From Myxococcales bacterium (lineage in GTDB: Bacteria; Myxococcota_A; UBA9042; JABWCM01; BTVJ01), in NCBI GenBank assembly GCA_045863395.1, contig BTVJ01000007.1, positions 64,001-128,000 on the forward strand: a stretch of 64,000 nt of DNA. The letters run 5' to 3'. Below are positions 19,567 through 27,849 of this stretch, in pieces. Made by a program: the position numbers and the translations under genes. Positions within the stretch are counted from its first letter, which is position 1, and every line of letters begins with the position of its first letter. The notes under the pieces were generated by a model. It saw nothing but the letters and a program-made list of their open reading frames with translations. It was not told where the DNA came from and searched no databases.

Positions 19567-21834
19567 ATGGACAGGCGGCGGCGGTGGCGGTCGAGCCTCT
19601 ATGCGCGTGCGGCGCTGTTTCTGGCGCTGGGCGCCGCGAGCTTCGTCGGCGCGGTCGCGGTGCTGTCGGGGACGATGGTCGACGACTCGGTGGAGCGGCT
19701 GCTCGCGGAGCGGCTGGAGCTCGCCCGCACCGTCGGCGCCTTCGTCGAGCAGCGTATGAGCGCCAACCTGGCGCGCCTCAGCACCGTCTCTGCCGATTCG
19801 CTGGCGTCGGGTGACCCCGCCGCCGTCCGCGACGCCCTCGCCACCGAGTACCACGTCGGCATCTACCAGGAGGGCGCCTTCGCTCTGGATGGCGGTGGCG
19901 CCCTGATCGCCGTCGCGCCCTCCGACCTGCGAGACACCCTCGCCTCCGTCGATCTCGGCGCCATGATCCAGGTGGTGGACGCACGTGGTGGCGTCGCGAC
20001 GACACAGGTGCTCCCCCTCGGGAGGGGGGAGCGCCCGGTGGTCATCATGCTCGGGGTCGTGAAGAGGAAGGGGGAGCGCCTCGGCTATGTGGGCGGCGTC
20101 ATGCCGGTCACCGACAACAACGCGCTGGCGCCCGCGCTCCATGGGCAGCGCGGCATCGACTCGGTGATGGACCTCGTCGACACGGGCGGCGTGGTGGTCG
20201 CGTCCACGGACGCGCGGCGCCTGCTCGTGCCGGGCGACCACGACGAGGTGCTGTCGAAGGCGATCCGCGACGGCCGCGGCCTCCGGGGCCGGTGCCATGG
20301 CTGCCACACGACGGAGCAGAACCCGGCCCGCGTCGAGACGGTGCTCGCCTTCGCGCCGCTGCCGTCTCTGTCCCTCGGGGTGGCCGTGCAGCAGCCCGAG
20401 ACGGACGCTCTGGCCCCTGCCTTCGCGCTCCAGCGCCGCCTGGTGGTCATCGGGGTGTCCTTCGTGGCCCTGTTCCTGCTCTTCGCGGGGCTCTCCGTGC
20501 GCAGCGTGGTCGACCCCGTCAAGCGCCTGACCCGCGAGGTGCGCACGGTGGAGGCGGGGCAGGGCAGGGCGGCGCTGCCGGCGTTCGGGCGCGACGAGGT
20601 GGGGGTGCTCGCGTCCACCTTGGAGCGGTGGCGGAGCGGCCTCATCGATTCCTTGCAGACGGCTGAGAAGCACCGCCAGGCCCTCAACGGGGAGATGGAG
20701 CGCACACGCCAGCACCTGGAGGCGCTGCAGGAGATCGCCGGTCAGTACACGCTCGGCGCCGACGCGGAGGCCATCGTGGAGCATGGCCTCGACTCCATGC
20801 TCCACCTGCTGGGCCTCTCGCGGGGGGTGGCCCGGGTGGAGTTCGGGGAGCGCGAGATCGTCGTGCGGCGCCTCATGCCAGCCGACCAGGCGGCCCGGCT
20901 GCTCGACGCGTGCGTCGCTGAGGTAGAGCGGGGGCGGGGAGACGCCGTGCGCTGCCCCCCCGTGGACGGCCCCGACGGTGGGCGCCTCGCCACGGTCATC
21001 GGCGCCCACCACGTCGTCCCGCGAGGCATCCGGGTCGACTGCGTCCTGGCGGATCGGGCGGACCGCCCCGACGTGGAGCCTCGCTGGCTCAGCTCGCTCG
21101 TTCACCACCTGGGCATCAGCGTCACGTCGCGGCTGCTGCACGACCAGGAGCTGGCGCGACAGCAGCTCCAGGAGCAGTACCTGCACCGGGTGATGCGCGC
21201 CCAGGAGGACGAGCGGCGCCGCGTCGCGCGCGAACTGCACGACACGGTGGCCCAGGACCTGGCGGCGCTGCGGCTCGAAGTGGAGCGCCTCGGCGGGCGC
21301 CCGGAGTGTGCCCCGCTCCGGGCGGAGTTCGAGGCCCTGGAGCGGCGCGCCGGCGAGGTGCTGGAGTCGGTGCGCCGGACCCTGTTCGATCTGCGGCTCA
21401 CCGTGCTCGAGAACCTGGGCTTCCTGCCCACCCTTCAATGGCACCTGGAGCGCATGGAGAAGCAGAACGGGATTCGGGGTATCCTCGCGGTGCGTGGTCC
21501 CGAGCGGGAGCCAGAGTACGACACCGCGGTCGCCTTGTTCCGGATATTCCAGGAGTCCCTGCAGAACGTGGTCGCCCACGCGAGGGCCGAGCACGTGTCC
21601 GTAACGGTGCGGTTTGCGGACGGTCACGTGGAGATGGTCATCGAGGACGACGGACGCGGCTTCGACGTCACCCAGGCCCGCACGCCATCGGACACCGGGA
21701 GGGGCCTTGGCCTGCTCGGGATGGAGGAGCGCGCGAGGCTGGTCCGCGGGACCGTGAGCATCGAGAGCGTCGTCGGCGAGGGCACGACCGTCACCGTGTC
21801 CGCGCCCATGCCCACCCTGGAGGTCAGCGCATGA
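19567..21834 (+). CDS. Membrane sensor histidine kinase (HAMP, HisKA_3) with CxxCH heme motif in extracytoplasmic domain
   Basis: Two TM helices; RCHGCH; DEVG HAMP; ERRRVARELHD H-box; EDDGRGF and GLGLLGM ATPase boxes. Confidence 0.92.
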   Translation: MDRRRRWRSSLYARAALFLALGAASFVGAVAVLSGTMVDDSVERLLAERLELARTVGAFVEQRMSANLARLSTVSADSLASGDPAAVRDALATEYHVGIYQEGAFALDGGGALIAVAPSDLRDTLASVDLGAMIQVVDARGGVATTQVLPLGRGERPVVIMLGVVKRKGERLGYVGGVMPVTDNNALAPALHGQRGIDSVMDLVDTGGVVVASTDARRLLVPGDHDEVLSKAIRDGRGLRGRCHGCHTTEQNPARVETVLAFAPLPSLSLGVAVQQPETDALAPAFALQRRLVVIGVSFVALFLLFAGLSVRSVVDPVKRLTREVRTVEAGQGRAALPAFGRDEVGVLASTLERWRSGLIDSLQTAEKHRQALNGEMERTRQHLEALQEIAGQYTLGADAEAIVEHGLDSMLHLLGLSRGVARVEFGEREIVVRRLMPADQAARLLDACVAEVERGRGDAVRCPPVDGPDGGRLATVIGAHHVVPRGIRVDCVLADRADRPDVEPRWLSSLVHHLGISVTSRLLHDQELARQQLQEQYLHRVMRAQEDERRRVARELHDTVAQDLAALRLEVERLGGRPECAPLRAEFEALERRAGEVLESVRRTLFDLRLTVLENLGFLPTLQWHLERMEKQNGIRGILAVRGPEREPEYDTAVALFRIFQESLQNVVAHARAEHVSVTVRFADGHVEMVIEDDGRGFDVTQARTPSDTGRGLGLLGMEERARLVRGTVSIESVVGEGTTVTVSAPMPTLEVSA

Positions 21835-22484
21835 TCCGTGTCGTGATCGCCGACGACCACGCCGTGCTCCGTGTGGGCCTGCGGGCGTGGCTCGAGGAGC
21901 AGGGTGGCGCGTTCCAGGTGGTTGGCGAAGCCCCTGACGGAGAGGTAGCCATCGCGCTTGTAGAGAAGCTCCGTCCGGACCTCTTGCTGCTGGACCTCTC
22001 CATGGGGGGCCTGGGCGGTATGGAGACCACCCTGGAGCTGCGTCACCGGGGCAACCGGGTGCCGATCCTCATCTTGACCCAGTACAGCGAGCCCATGGTG
22101 CTCCGCCGCGTGCTGGAGGCGGGCGCAAACGGCTATGTCCTCAAGTCGGCTCGGGGCGAGGATCTCCTGTCCGCCATCCGCGCCGTGGCTGCCGGTGGAA
22201 CGTGGATCGACCCGTCCATGGCGGGCGCCCTCGTGTCGCGGGCCCTCGGGCGCCAGGAGAGTTCCAGCGAGGAGGAGGCCTTCGGGCGACTGTCTCCTCG
22301 CGAGCGTCAGGTCCTCAAGCTGGTCGCCGAGGGCCTCTCCAACAAGGAGGTCGCCGTGGCGCTGGACGTCGCGGTCAAGACCGTCATGGCCCACCGCGCG
22401 AACCTCATGGACAAGCTGGACATCCACAACCACTCGAAGCTGGTGCAGCTCGCCATTCGCATGGGGTTGATCCAGGTGGATTGA
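21831..22484 (+). CDS. NarL/LuxR family response regulator
   Basis: IADDH, LLDLSM receiver; LSPRERQVLKLVAEGLSNKEVA HTH; ATGA overlap with kinase. Confidence 0.95.
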   Translation: MIRVVIADDHAVLRVGLRAWLEEQGGAFQVVGEAPDGEVAIALVEKLRPDLLLLDLSMGGLGGMETTLELRHRGNRVPILILTQYSEPMVLRRVLEAGANGYVLKSARGEDLLSAIRAVAAGGTWIDPSMAGALVSRALGRQESSSEEEAFGRLSPRERQVLKLVAEGLSNKEVAVALDVAVKTVMAHRANLMDKLDIHNHSKLVQLAIRMGLIQVD

Positions 22485-22499
22485 GGGGGGCCTGGATGC

Positions 22500-23753
22500 T
22501 CAGCGGAAGAAGGCGGCATCGTCCGTGTCAGCCGACGCCCCACACGCCGGGCAGCGTGGGTTGCGGGCCACTCGAGCGCCGTACCAGCGCAGGATCGCCG
22601 AGCGATCAAACCGGTACCCCATGGGTGGGAGCTGGGCGTACACTCCCTCGCGCCTGTTTGCCCACACGTAGAGGTCAGCGGCCAGGTCGTCTTCCAGGGA
22701 CTCGACGGCGCCGTGCTGGCTCCGCGTCAGCTCGTGCAGGGCGAGCCGCGTGATCATCGTGCACACGGGGGCAATGTCGGCAGACAGGCCCGGCTGGATT
22801 CGAGCACCCAGTTCGCTGTCTGAGACATACTCCGGTGCCATTCGTCTCGCCTGAGCACGCTGGGAGATCTCTTCTTCACCGGACAGGAGCCCCTGCCCGA
22901 ACACGCAGGACAGGCACGGTCCCTGTCCTGGGCGCACACGCAGGACGTCTCCCCCCACTCCGCGCGAGAGGACCCGCCCGAAGAGGGCGGTGACACCCAG
23001 GTCCACGGCCGCGCGGTTGATGTTCGAGCGGCTCCGCCGATCATCCGTTGCTCCAATGACCACGTTGGCTGCGGACAGCGCTCGACTGAGGGCGCAGGGG
23101 TCATCGTTGACGTTCATCTCGACGGTCTCGACTCGAGCCCAGGGATTGCGACGCAGCAGGGCGTCTCGCACCGCCAGGGTCTTCAGTCGACCGAGGGCTT
23201 CGAGGCCGCAGATGTGCCGAGAGATGTTGGACGGCTCCAGGCGGTCGAAGTCGATGAGGACGAACCGGCCGACGCCCGCTCGGGCCAGCTCCAGCGCGAC
23301 GGCCGAGCCGCCGCTCCCGAGCCCGACGACGGCGGCGCAGCGGCCGGCGAGGAGGTCCGGGTCCGCGAGCCCCCGGTTTCGGCTCTGGATGGATTCTCGC
23401 CCGTCGACCCACTGCACGGATGCCTCCGTGCAGGACCCCTCCGAAACGAGCCATGCGCGCGCCTCAGGTCTGCGGGCGCCCGGCTCCAGGGAGATGACGA
23501 GCGCCGCAGCGCCCCCAGACGGAAACGGCAGGCGTTCGATCACACTCCCGGCTGCCGCCTCGGCGCCTCCCGGCGGGGCGACGACACAGGCGCATGGGAG
23601 CGGTTCTCCCGATGTCGAGTATGCCGGCGCCTCCGGCCATGCGTGGATGACGGACGAGTGGTCAAGTGCGCGCGCCGTCCAGCGACTGACTCCTGGACCC
23701 AGACGCAGCGTGGCGTTGCCCTGCGTCGATTCCATCCAGACAGTGGCCGTCAT
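22500..23753 (-). CDS. ThiF/E1-like adenylyltransferase
   Basis: VVGLGSGGS, DFDRLEPSNISRH, GATD, CLSC and CPAC Zn motifs; ~120-aa unassigned N-terminal region. Confidence 0.9.
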   Translation of the reverse strand: MTATVWMESTQGNATLRLGPGVSRWTARALDHSSVIHAWPEAPAYSTSGEPLPCACVVAPPGGAEAAAGSVIERLPFPSGGAAALVISLEPGARRPEARAWLVSEGSCTEASVQWVDGRESIQSRNRGLADPDLLAGRCAAVVGLGSGGSAVALELARAGVGRFVLIDFDRLEPSNISRHICGLEALGRLKTLAVRDALLRRNPWARVETVEMNVNDDPCALSRALSAANVVIGATDDRRSRSNINRAAVDLGVTALFGRVLSRGVGGDVLRVRPGQGPCLSCVFGQGLLSGEEEISQRAQARRMAPEYVSDSELGARIQPGLSADIAPVCTMITRLALHELTRSQHGAVESLEDDLAADLYVWANRREGVYAQLPPMGYRFDRSAILRWYGARVARNPRCPACGASADTDDAAFFR

Positions 23754-23956
23754 CGCGCACCTCCCCAGGCGAAGAACCCGTCCTGCGCGATCTGGTCGAC
23801 GACGGTCTCGTCGGGGCTCGGGTGTGTGGCGCCCTGGGAACGCACCACGAGCTCTCCGGTGCGGGCATCGAACACCAGCTCACCTGCGGCGCTCCCCTGG
23901 TCGGTCGTGATCTCGAGGTGGTTCAGGACATCCTGCGTCTTCTTGCTGCTCGACAT
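23750..23956 (-). CDS. Small acidic protein (68 aa), candidate E1/E2 substrate or modifier
   Basis: AGGAG RBS; stop overlaps ThiF ATG; C-terminus DQIAQDGFFAWGGAR. Confidence 0.7.
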   Translation of the reverse strand: MSSSKKTQDVLNHLEITTDQGSAAGELVFDARTGELVVRSQGATHPSPDETVVDQIAQDGFFAWGGAR

Positions 23957-23968
23957 GGTCGTGCTCCT

Positions 23969-24412
23969 CTACTGGTGCGGCAGGAAGTCGTCCATCGGCT
24001 TGCCGGTGCGGCGGTGACCTTCGAGGGCCTCGAGCCACAGTCTCACCTTCAGGAGGACGAGGTACAGGGTCTTGCGCTCGTCCCAGCGATCAGGACGGTA
24101 GTGGCACACCGCGACTCGTCCCTCGACCGGAGCGAGAGTGTGCATCGACGCGGACATGCCCCGCGCCGCGATGCTGGATCCGGCGTAGCCCAGCAGGGGA
24201 GCGGGACTTCAGATGATGGCCGTCGGCAGCGAGTGAGGCATGTCGGCCGGGATGACGACCCGGACCGTGAAGCGGTTCCCCGCGTTGGTCGTGAGGTCCC
24301 CCTGCACGAAGGTCCTACCCGTTGGATCGTACCACTGCATCGTCGGAAACATCCGGCGCAGGAGCGCCCGCTCGACTCCAAGGCGCTGCTGCTGCTCAGG
24401 GGTCCAGGCCAT
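23969..24412 (-). pseudogene. E2/UBC-fold-like protein interrupted by one in-frame TGA (24209-24211)
   Basis: QRLGVERALL...VIPADMPHSLP (cf. YPxxxP) TAII* then continues in frame SPAPLL...MHTL...VAVCHY...W...RLWL. Confidence 0.75.
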
Positions 24413-24770
24413 CGGTGTCTTCCGTCTTGCGTGGGAGCGCCCCTGCCGGAGCGTCTTGATCACAAGGACCAAGAACGTCGCCGCTCGTGTCTCTGACAAG
24501 ATCGTCTCGCTGAACTTCGTGGATCTCGCGCGCTGCGCGAATGAATGCTGACGGGTCGTCCCTCAAGACGGGGAGGCCCACCAGCGGACGCCAACCATCG
24601 TGCGTAGGCTTGTACGGGGTGACATCCTCGCCAGGGAAGCGCTCGGGGAACACGAGGCGAACGAATGTCGGGTCTCCCAAGTCCAGGACGAAGTTCCCGA
24701 TCCGGTTCGCCTCGCCTTCGTATATGACGATTCGAGCGGTCGGCGGGGTCGTGTACGTGCGTTGACTCAT
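24396..24770 (-). CDS. Hypothetical protein, possibly an internally deleted JAB/E2-like fusion
   Basis: GGAGG RBS; IVIYEGEANRIGNFVLD start, then LVFPERFP (UBC-like FPxxFP); no ETGG or HSH JAMM motif. Confidence 0.45.
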   Translation of the reverse strand: MSQRTYTTPPTARIVIYEGEANRIGNFVLDLGDPTFVRLVFPERFPGEDVTPYKPTHDGWRPLVGLPVLRDDPSAFIRAAREIHEVQRDDLVRDTSGDVLGPCDQDAPAGALPRKTEDTDGLDP

Positions 24771-24846
24771 GGGCTCTCCTCCATCATGTGGCAGAAAGCT
24801 CAGGAAACGTCACATCTGACAGAGAATCCGTGGTACGTGGCTTCTT

Positions 24847-27800
24847 CTACGCCTGCGAACGTCCTACCACCTTCTCTTCATAGGATTCGTTGCGGCTGAG
24901 TGAGTATGCAAGGGATTGGCCGCGCTGCCGTTGTGCTACGAACCACAGGCCCGGAGTGCCCGCCCTGTCCCGCTCGATCCACGCGAGGTCGCCGAGCGGG
25001 AGGCGAGACTGGCTGAACTCCAGCGCAACGTCGACGCGGCCCTCCAGGACGGTCTGCGCCGGTACGGACGTGGGGAAGGCTCTGAGTACCCAGGCCGGAC
25101 CCGTTCCTGGCAGCGCAATCAGAGTGGGCGGGGACTCGGCACAAAAGGCCGACCGGGAGAGGAGCGCCAGAAACGCCTCCGTCGCACCGTCCAGCTCCCC
25201 GGCGTGGCGAGAGAGTGGGCCGGGCGTGTGCTCGAACCGCTGAAGGGCGTCGATGGTGTCGAAGGCGAGCGCTGCAGTAGCAGGGTTGCGCAGCGGCGCC
25301 AGCAACGTCGCCAGGGGCCCCGGTTCGACGGCCGCGTCCGACAACGCATGGGCGACGCGCAGGAGAGCCATCTTCGTGGGGCGCGACAGCAGCTCGTCTC
25401 TCTGTCGGCCGGTGACCAGGTCCGCAGTGATCGCTGGGAAGACGTGCAGGCGGAGCCACGTGCTCGCTGCGAGGTCGAGGAAGGCGAGCCGCTGGCCCCA
25501 GGGACGACTCCCGCAGGTGCGGCGGTCCATCAGGGCCGCGACCATGGCGCCGAGGGGCATGGGGAGGAGGTGCGGTCTGGGGAGGGCGAACTCCAGCACC
25601 GGGCTCGTGCCAAAGGAGACGAGTGTTCCCTGCCCGGCCTCGCCCAGGGCGGTGGACTCGAGGACGAGCTCTGGGTCCTCGTTCGGGACATCGACGCGCA
25701 CATCGCGGGCCGGTTCGTAGCCCCAATAGCGCGCCCGCCCGGCGACGACCCCGCGGTACAGGCCGACAGAGCAGGGGTCTCCCGAAGGGTGGAGCGAACG
25801 AGCCACGGCGTGGAGATCGAGAGGAGACACGCCCTCGGGCCTCACGAACAGGTGGTGCTCCCCCGGGGTCGCGCTGACGCCAGATGATGGTGCCAGGTGG
25901 AGCTGCGCCCTTCGGAGGGGAGGGCCGAGGTGCCTCGTGACCTCGTCCGCTGCGAAGAGAAGCGCCGAGACGGACTCCGACGCAGGCGGTCGACCCGTCA
26001 CCGAGCCCGGGAGGTAGTAGGCGGCCCACTGCCCGACCCCGTGGAGGGCGCTGTTGCATATCCGGGCGAAGTGGAGTCCGCCAAGGCTGCTCCACGAGGT
26101 GGAGAGGTGATCCCCGATGCCCCCAAGGCGCGCGCGCAGTCTGGCTCCGGCGTCATCATTGTCGGGCGAGCTCCCTCGCGCGGAGTGACGGTTGCCGAGG
26201 GCCCGATCAAGGAGGTCCTCCATGCCCCCTATGGAAGGTCTGTGCGAGATGCTGCGAAGCCACGAGCGGATCGTCGCCGTGGCGGGTACGTTCGAGTCGC
26301 TGATCACCTCCCGGGCTGCTGCCAGCACGAGTGCCGCGGCCAGGTGCAGTGGCAGCTCTACTGCAACCTGAAGGGCCGTGAGCTGGTCCACGGGCTCGGT
26401 GGCGCTGCACAACGGGTCTGCGAGCTGCGCTAGAGGGCCTCCTGCCGCCAGACAGCGCAACGCGATGCGCGCGAGGCCGCCGCTGGCCGAGTCGAGTGGG
26501 ATCGACTCGGCCAGAGTCGAGATGTCCTCCGGGGCTCCTGTGGTCGCAAAGCGGTCCGCCAGGGCGTGCGCCCGGTCGGGGTGAGAGCAGCTCGCGGTGG
26601 CGCCGATGCGCGCCAGCGCCAGGTCCTCGTCGCCAGCCTGACGCGCATGCCAGGCGGCCAGGGCACCCCCGGCCGGCTCTCCCTGCCAGCGGGCGGCCAA
26701 CACTCCGAGGGCCCGGTGGGCCGCACGCATGCGCCCTCTTCCGGCGACGGTGGCCGCGCGGCTGCTGTCCCCCCGCGCGACCGAGGCGCCGCCTCCCGCC
26801 TGCACGAGCGTTGCCTCCGGCGGCGGGTCATCGAGCCAGTGCGCGATCTGGCGGGCGACGCTGAGCCCATGGGCGGAGGGACTCTCGGACATCTCCCCCA
26901 GCGCCTCCTCGATCTGGTCGCTGGTCACCGGTGCCTGGCAGGCTGCAAGCACGGCCAGCATCCGAAGGCGCAGCTCCTCGTGCTCGGGGGTGTTCAACCA
27001 TGACGAACGTTGTGGAGTCAGGGAGGGACCGACCATCACGCGGACGATCCTCTCTCCAAGCGCGAGCTCCACGGCGTGATACGCGTCTCGCGCTCTCTCG
27101 AGCCGGTTCTTGTGCACTTCGGCGTATACTGGCTGGCTCTTGGCGGAGGGAATCAGGAGCGCTGTGAGCTGCTGGCGTTGGGCCAGCGCTTGGAGCTTGG
27201 CCTCGACGTGGCTCGTCTCCAGCTCCTGCAAGCCCAGGTCGCGCACGCAGCCGCTGACAGCGAGGTGCGCCGGCAGCGCGAGCCCGCGGACCCGTGCGAC
27301 CATGGCCAGGAAGACCGCAAGCCCCAGCGAGCTTCCCGTCACCCAGCGTGGGTCTGATCGCCGCGGGAGCAGCTCTACTCTCAGCTCTGCGATGCGGTCA
27401 GGCGCCTGAAGCACATGTGCGGCGAGTTCGAGCGCGGCTGTGACTCCAGTGACCGTCTCGGGCTGGAGAGGGCGCCCGAGCGGAGGCTCTCCATGCCGTG
27501 CCACTCGCACCTCCAGCAGGGACGGGCAGTGGCCTCCGACCACCGGGAACGCGACGGTGTGCGCGAAACGACGATGATACCAGAGGCGCTCCATGGCGTG
27601 GGGAATGTCTGGCCTGCGTGCGGTGCGCAGCGCGGACATCACCCTGCCATGGAGGGCGCCCTGAGCGACCAGGACGCCCTCGCAGTCCATGGCCTCTTCG
27701 GCGAGCTCCTCGAGGAGGCCTGCGCGGACCTCGGGGGAGTCGATGGTCGCCGACGTGATGTGTTCGATGGCCTCGGGGATCGCCCCGCGACTGAGGTGGC

Positions 27801-27849
27801 GGCGGGCTTCCGCCCGCAGGGTCTCGACGGTCGACACAGCGCCTCTCAC
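24847..27849 (-). CDS. 1000-aa protein with N-terminal Lon-type (S16) Ser-Lys protease domain and helical C-terminal regions
   Basis: TGSSLGLA (Ser174), SG at +25, Lys at +44 (E. coli Lon: S679, T704, K722); no Walker A. Confidence 0.7.
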   Translation of the reverse strand: MRGAVSTVETLRAEARRHLSRGAIPEAIEHITSATIDSPEVRAGLLEELAEEAMDCEGVLVAQGALHGRVMSALRTARRPDIPHAMERLWYHRRFAHTVAFPVVGGHCPSLLEVRVARHGEPPLGRPLQPETVTGVTAALELAAHVLQAPDRIAELRVELLPRRSDPRWVTGSSLGLAVFLAMVARVRGLALPAHLAVSGCVRDLGLQELETSHVEAKLQALAQRQQLTALLIPSAKSQPVYAEVHKNRLERARDAYHAVELALGERIVRVMVGPSLTPQRSSWLNTPEHEELRLRMLAVLAACQAPVTSDQIEEALGEMSESPSAHGLSVARQIAHWLDDPPPEATLVQAGGGASVARGDSSRAATVAGRGRMRAAHRALGVLAARWQGEPAGGALAAWHARQAGDEDLALARIGATASCSHPDRAHALADRFATTGAPEDISTLAESIPLDSASGGLARIALRCLAAGGPLAQLADPLCSATEPVDQLTALQVAVELPLHLAAALVLAAAREVISDSNVPATATIRSWLRSISHRPSIGGMEDLLDRALGNRHSARGSSPDNDDAGARLRARLGGIGDHLSTSWSSLGGLHFARICNSALHGVGQWAAYYLPGSVTGRPPASESVSALLFAADEVTRHLGPPLRRAQLHLAPSSGVSATPGEHHLFVRPEGVSPLDLHAVARSLHPSGDPCSVGLYRGVVAGRARYWGYEPARDVRVDVPNEDPELVLESTALGEAGQGTLVSFGTSPVLEFALPRPHLLPMPLGAMVAALMDRRTCGSRPWGQRLAFLDLAASTWLRLHVFPAITADLVTGRQRDELLSRPTKMALLRVAHALSDAAVEPGPLATLLAPLRNPATAALAFDTIDALQRFEHTPGPLSRHAGELDGATEAFLALLSRSAFCAESPPTLIALPGTGPAWVLRAFPTSVPAQTVLEGRVDVALEFSQSRLPLGDLAWIERDRAGTPGLWFVAQRQRGQSLAYSLSRNESYEEKVVGRSQA

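Noticed and set aside
23750..23956. Canonical ThiS/MoaD/ubiquitin-like protein
   Set aside because: GG is not terminal, coincides with the next gene's RBS, and no beta-grasp pattern is evident
24172..24211. Selenocysteine recoding of the TGA in the E2-like gene
   Set aside because: A short stem (TGCTGG/CCAGCA) follows, but such stems are common at this GC; the position is not the catalytic Cys and the neighbouring gene also looks damaged
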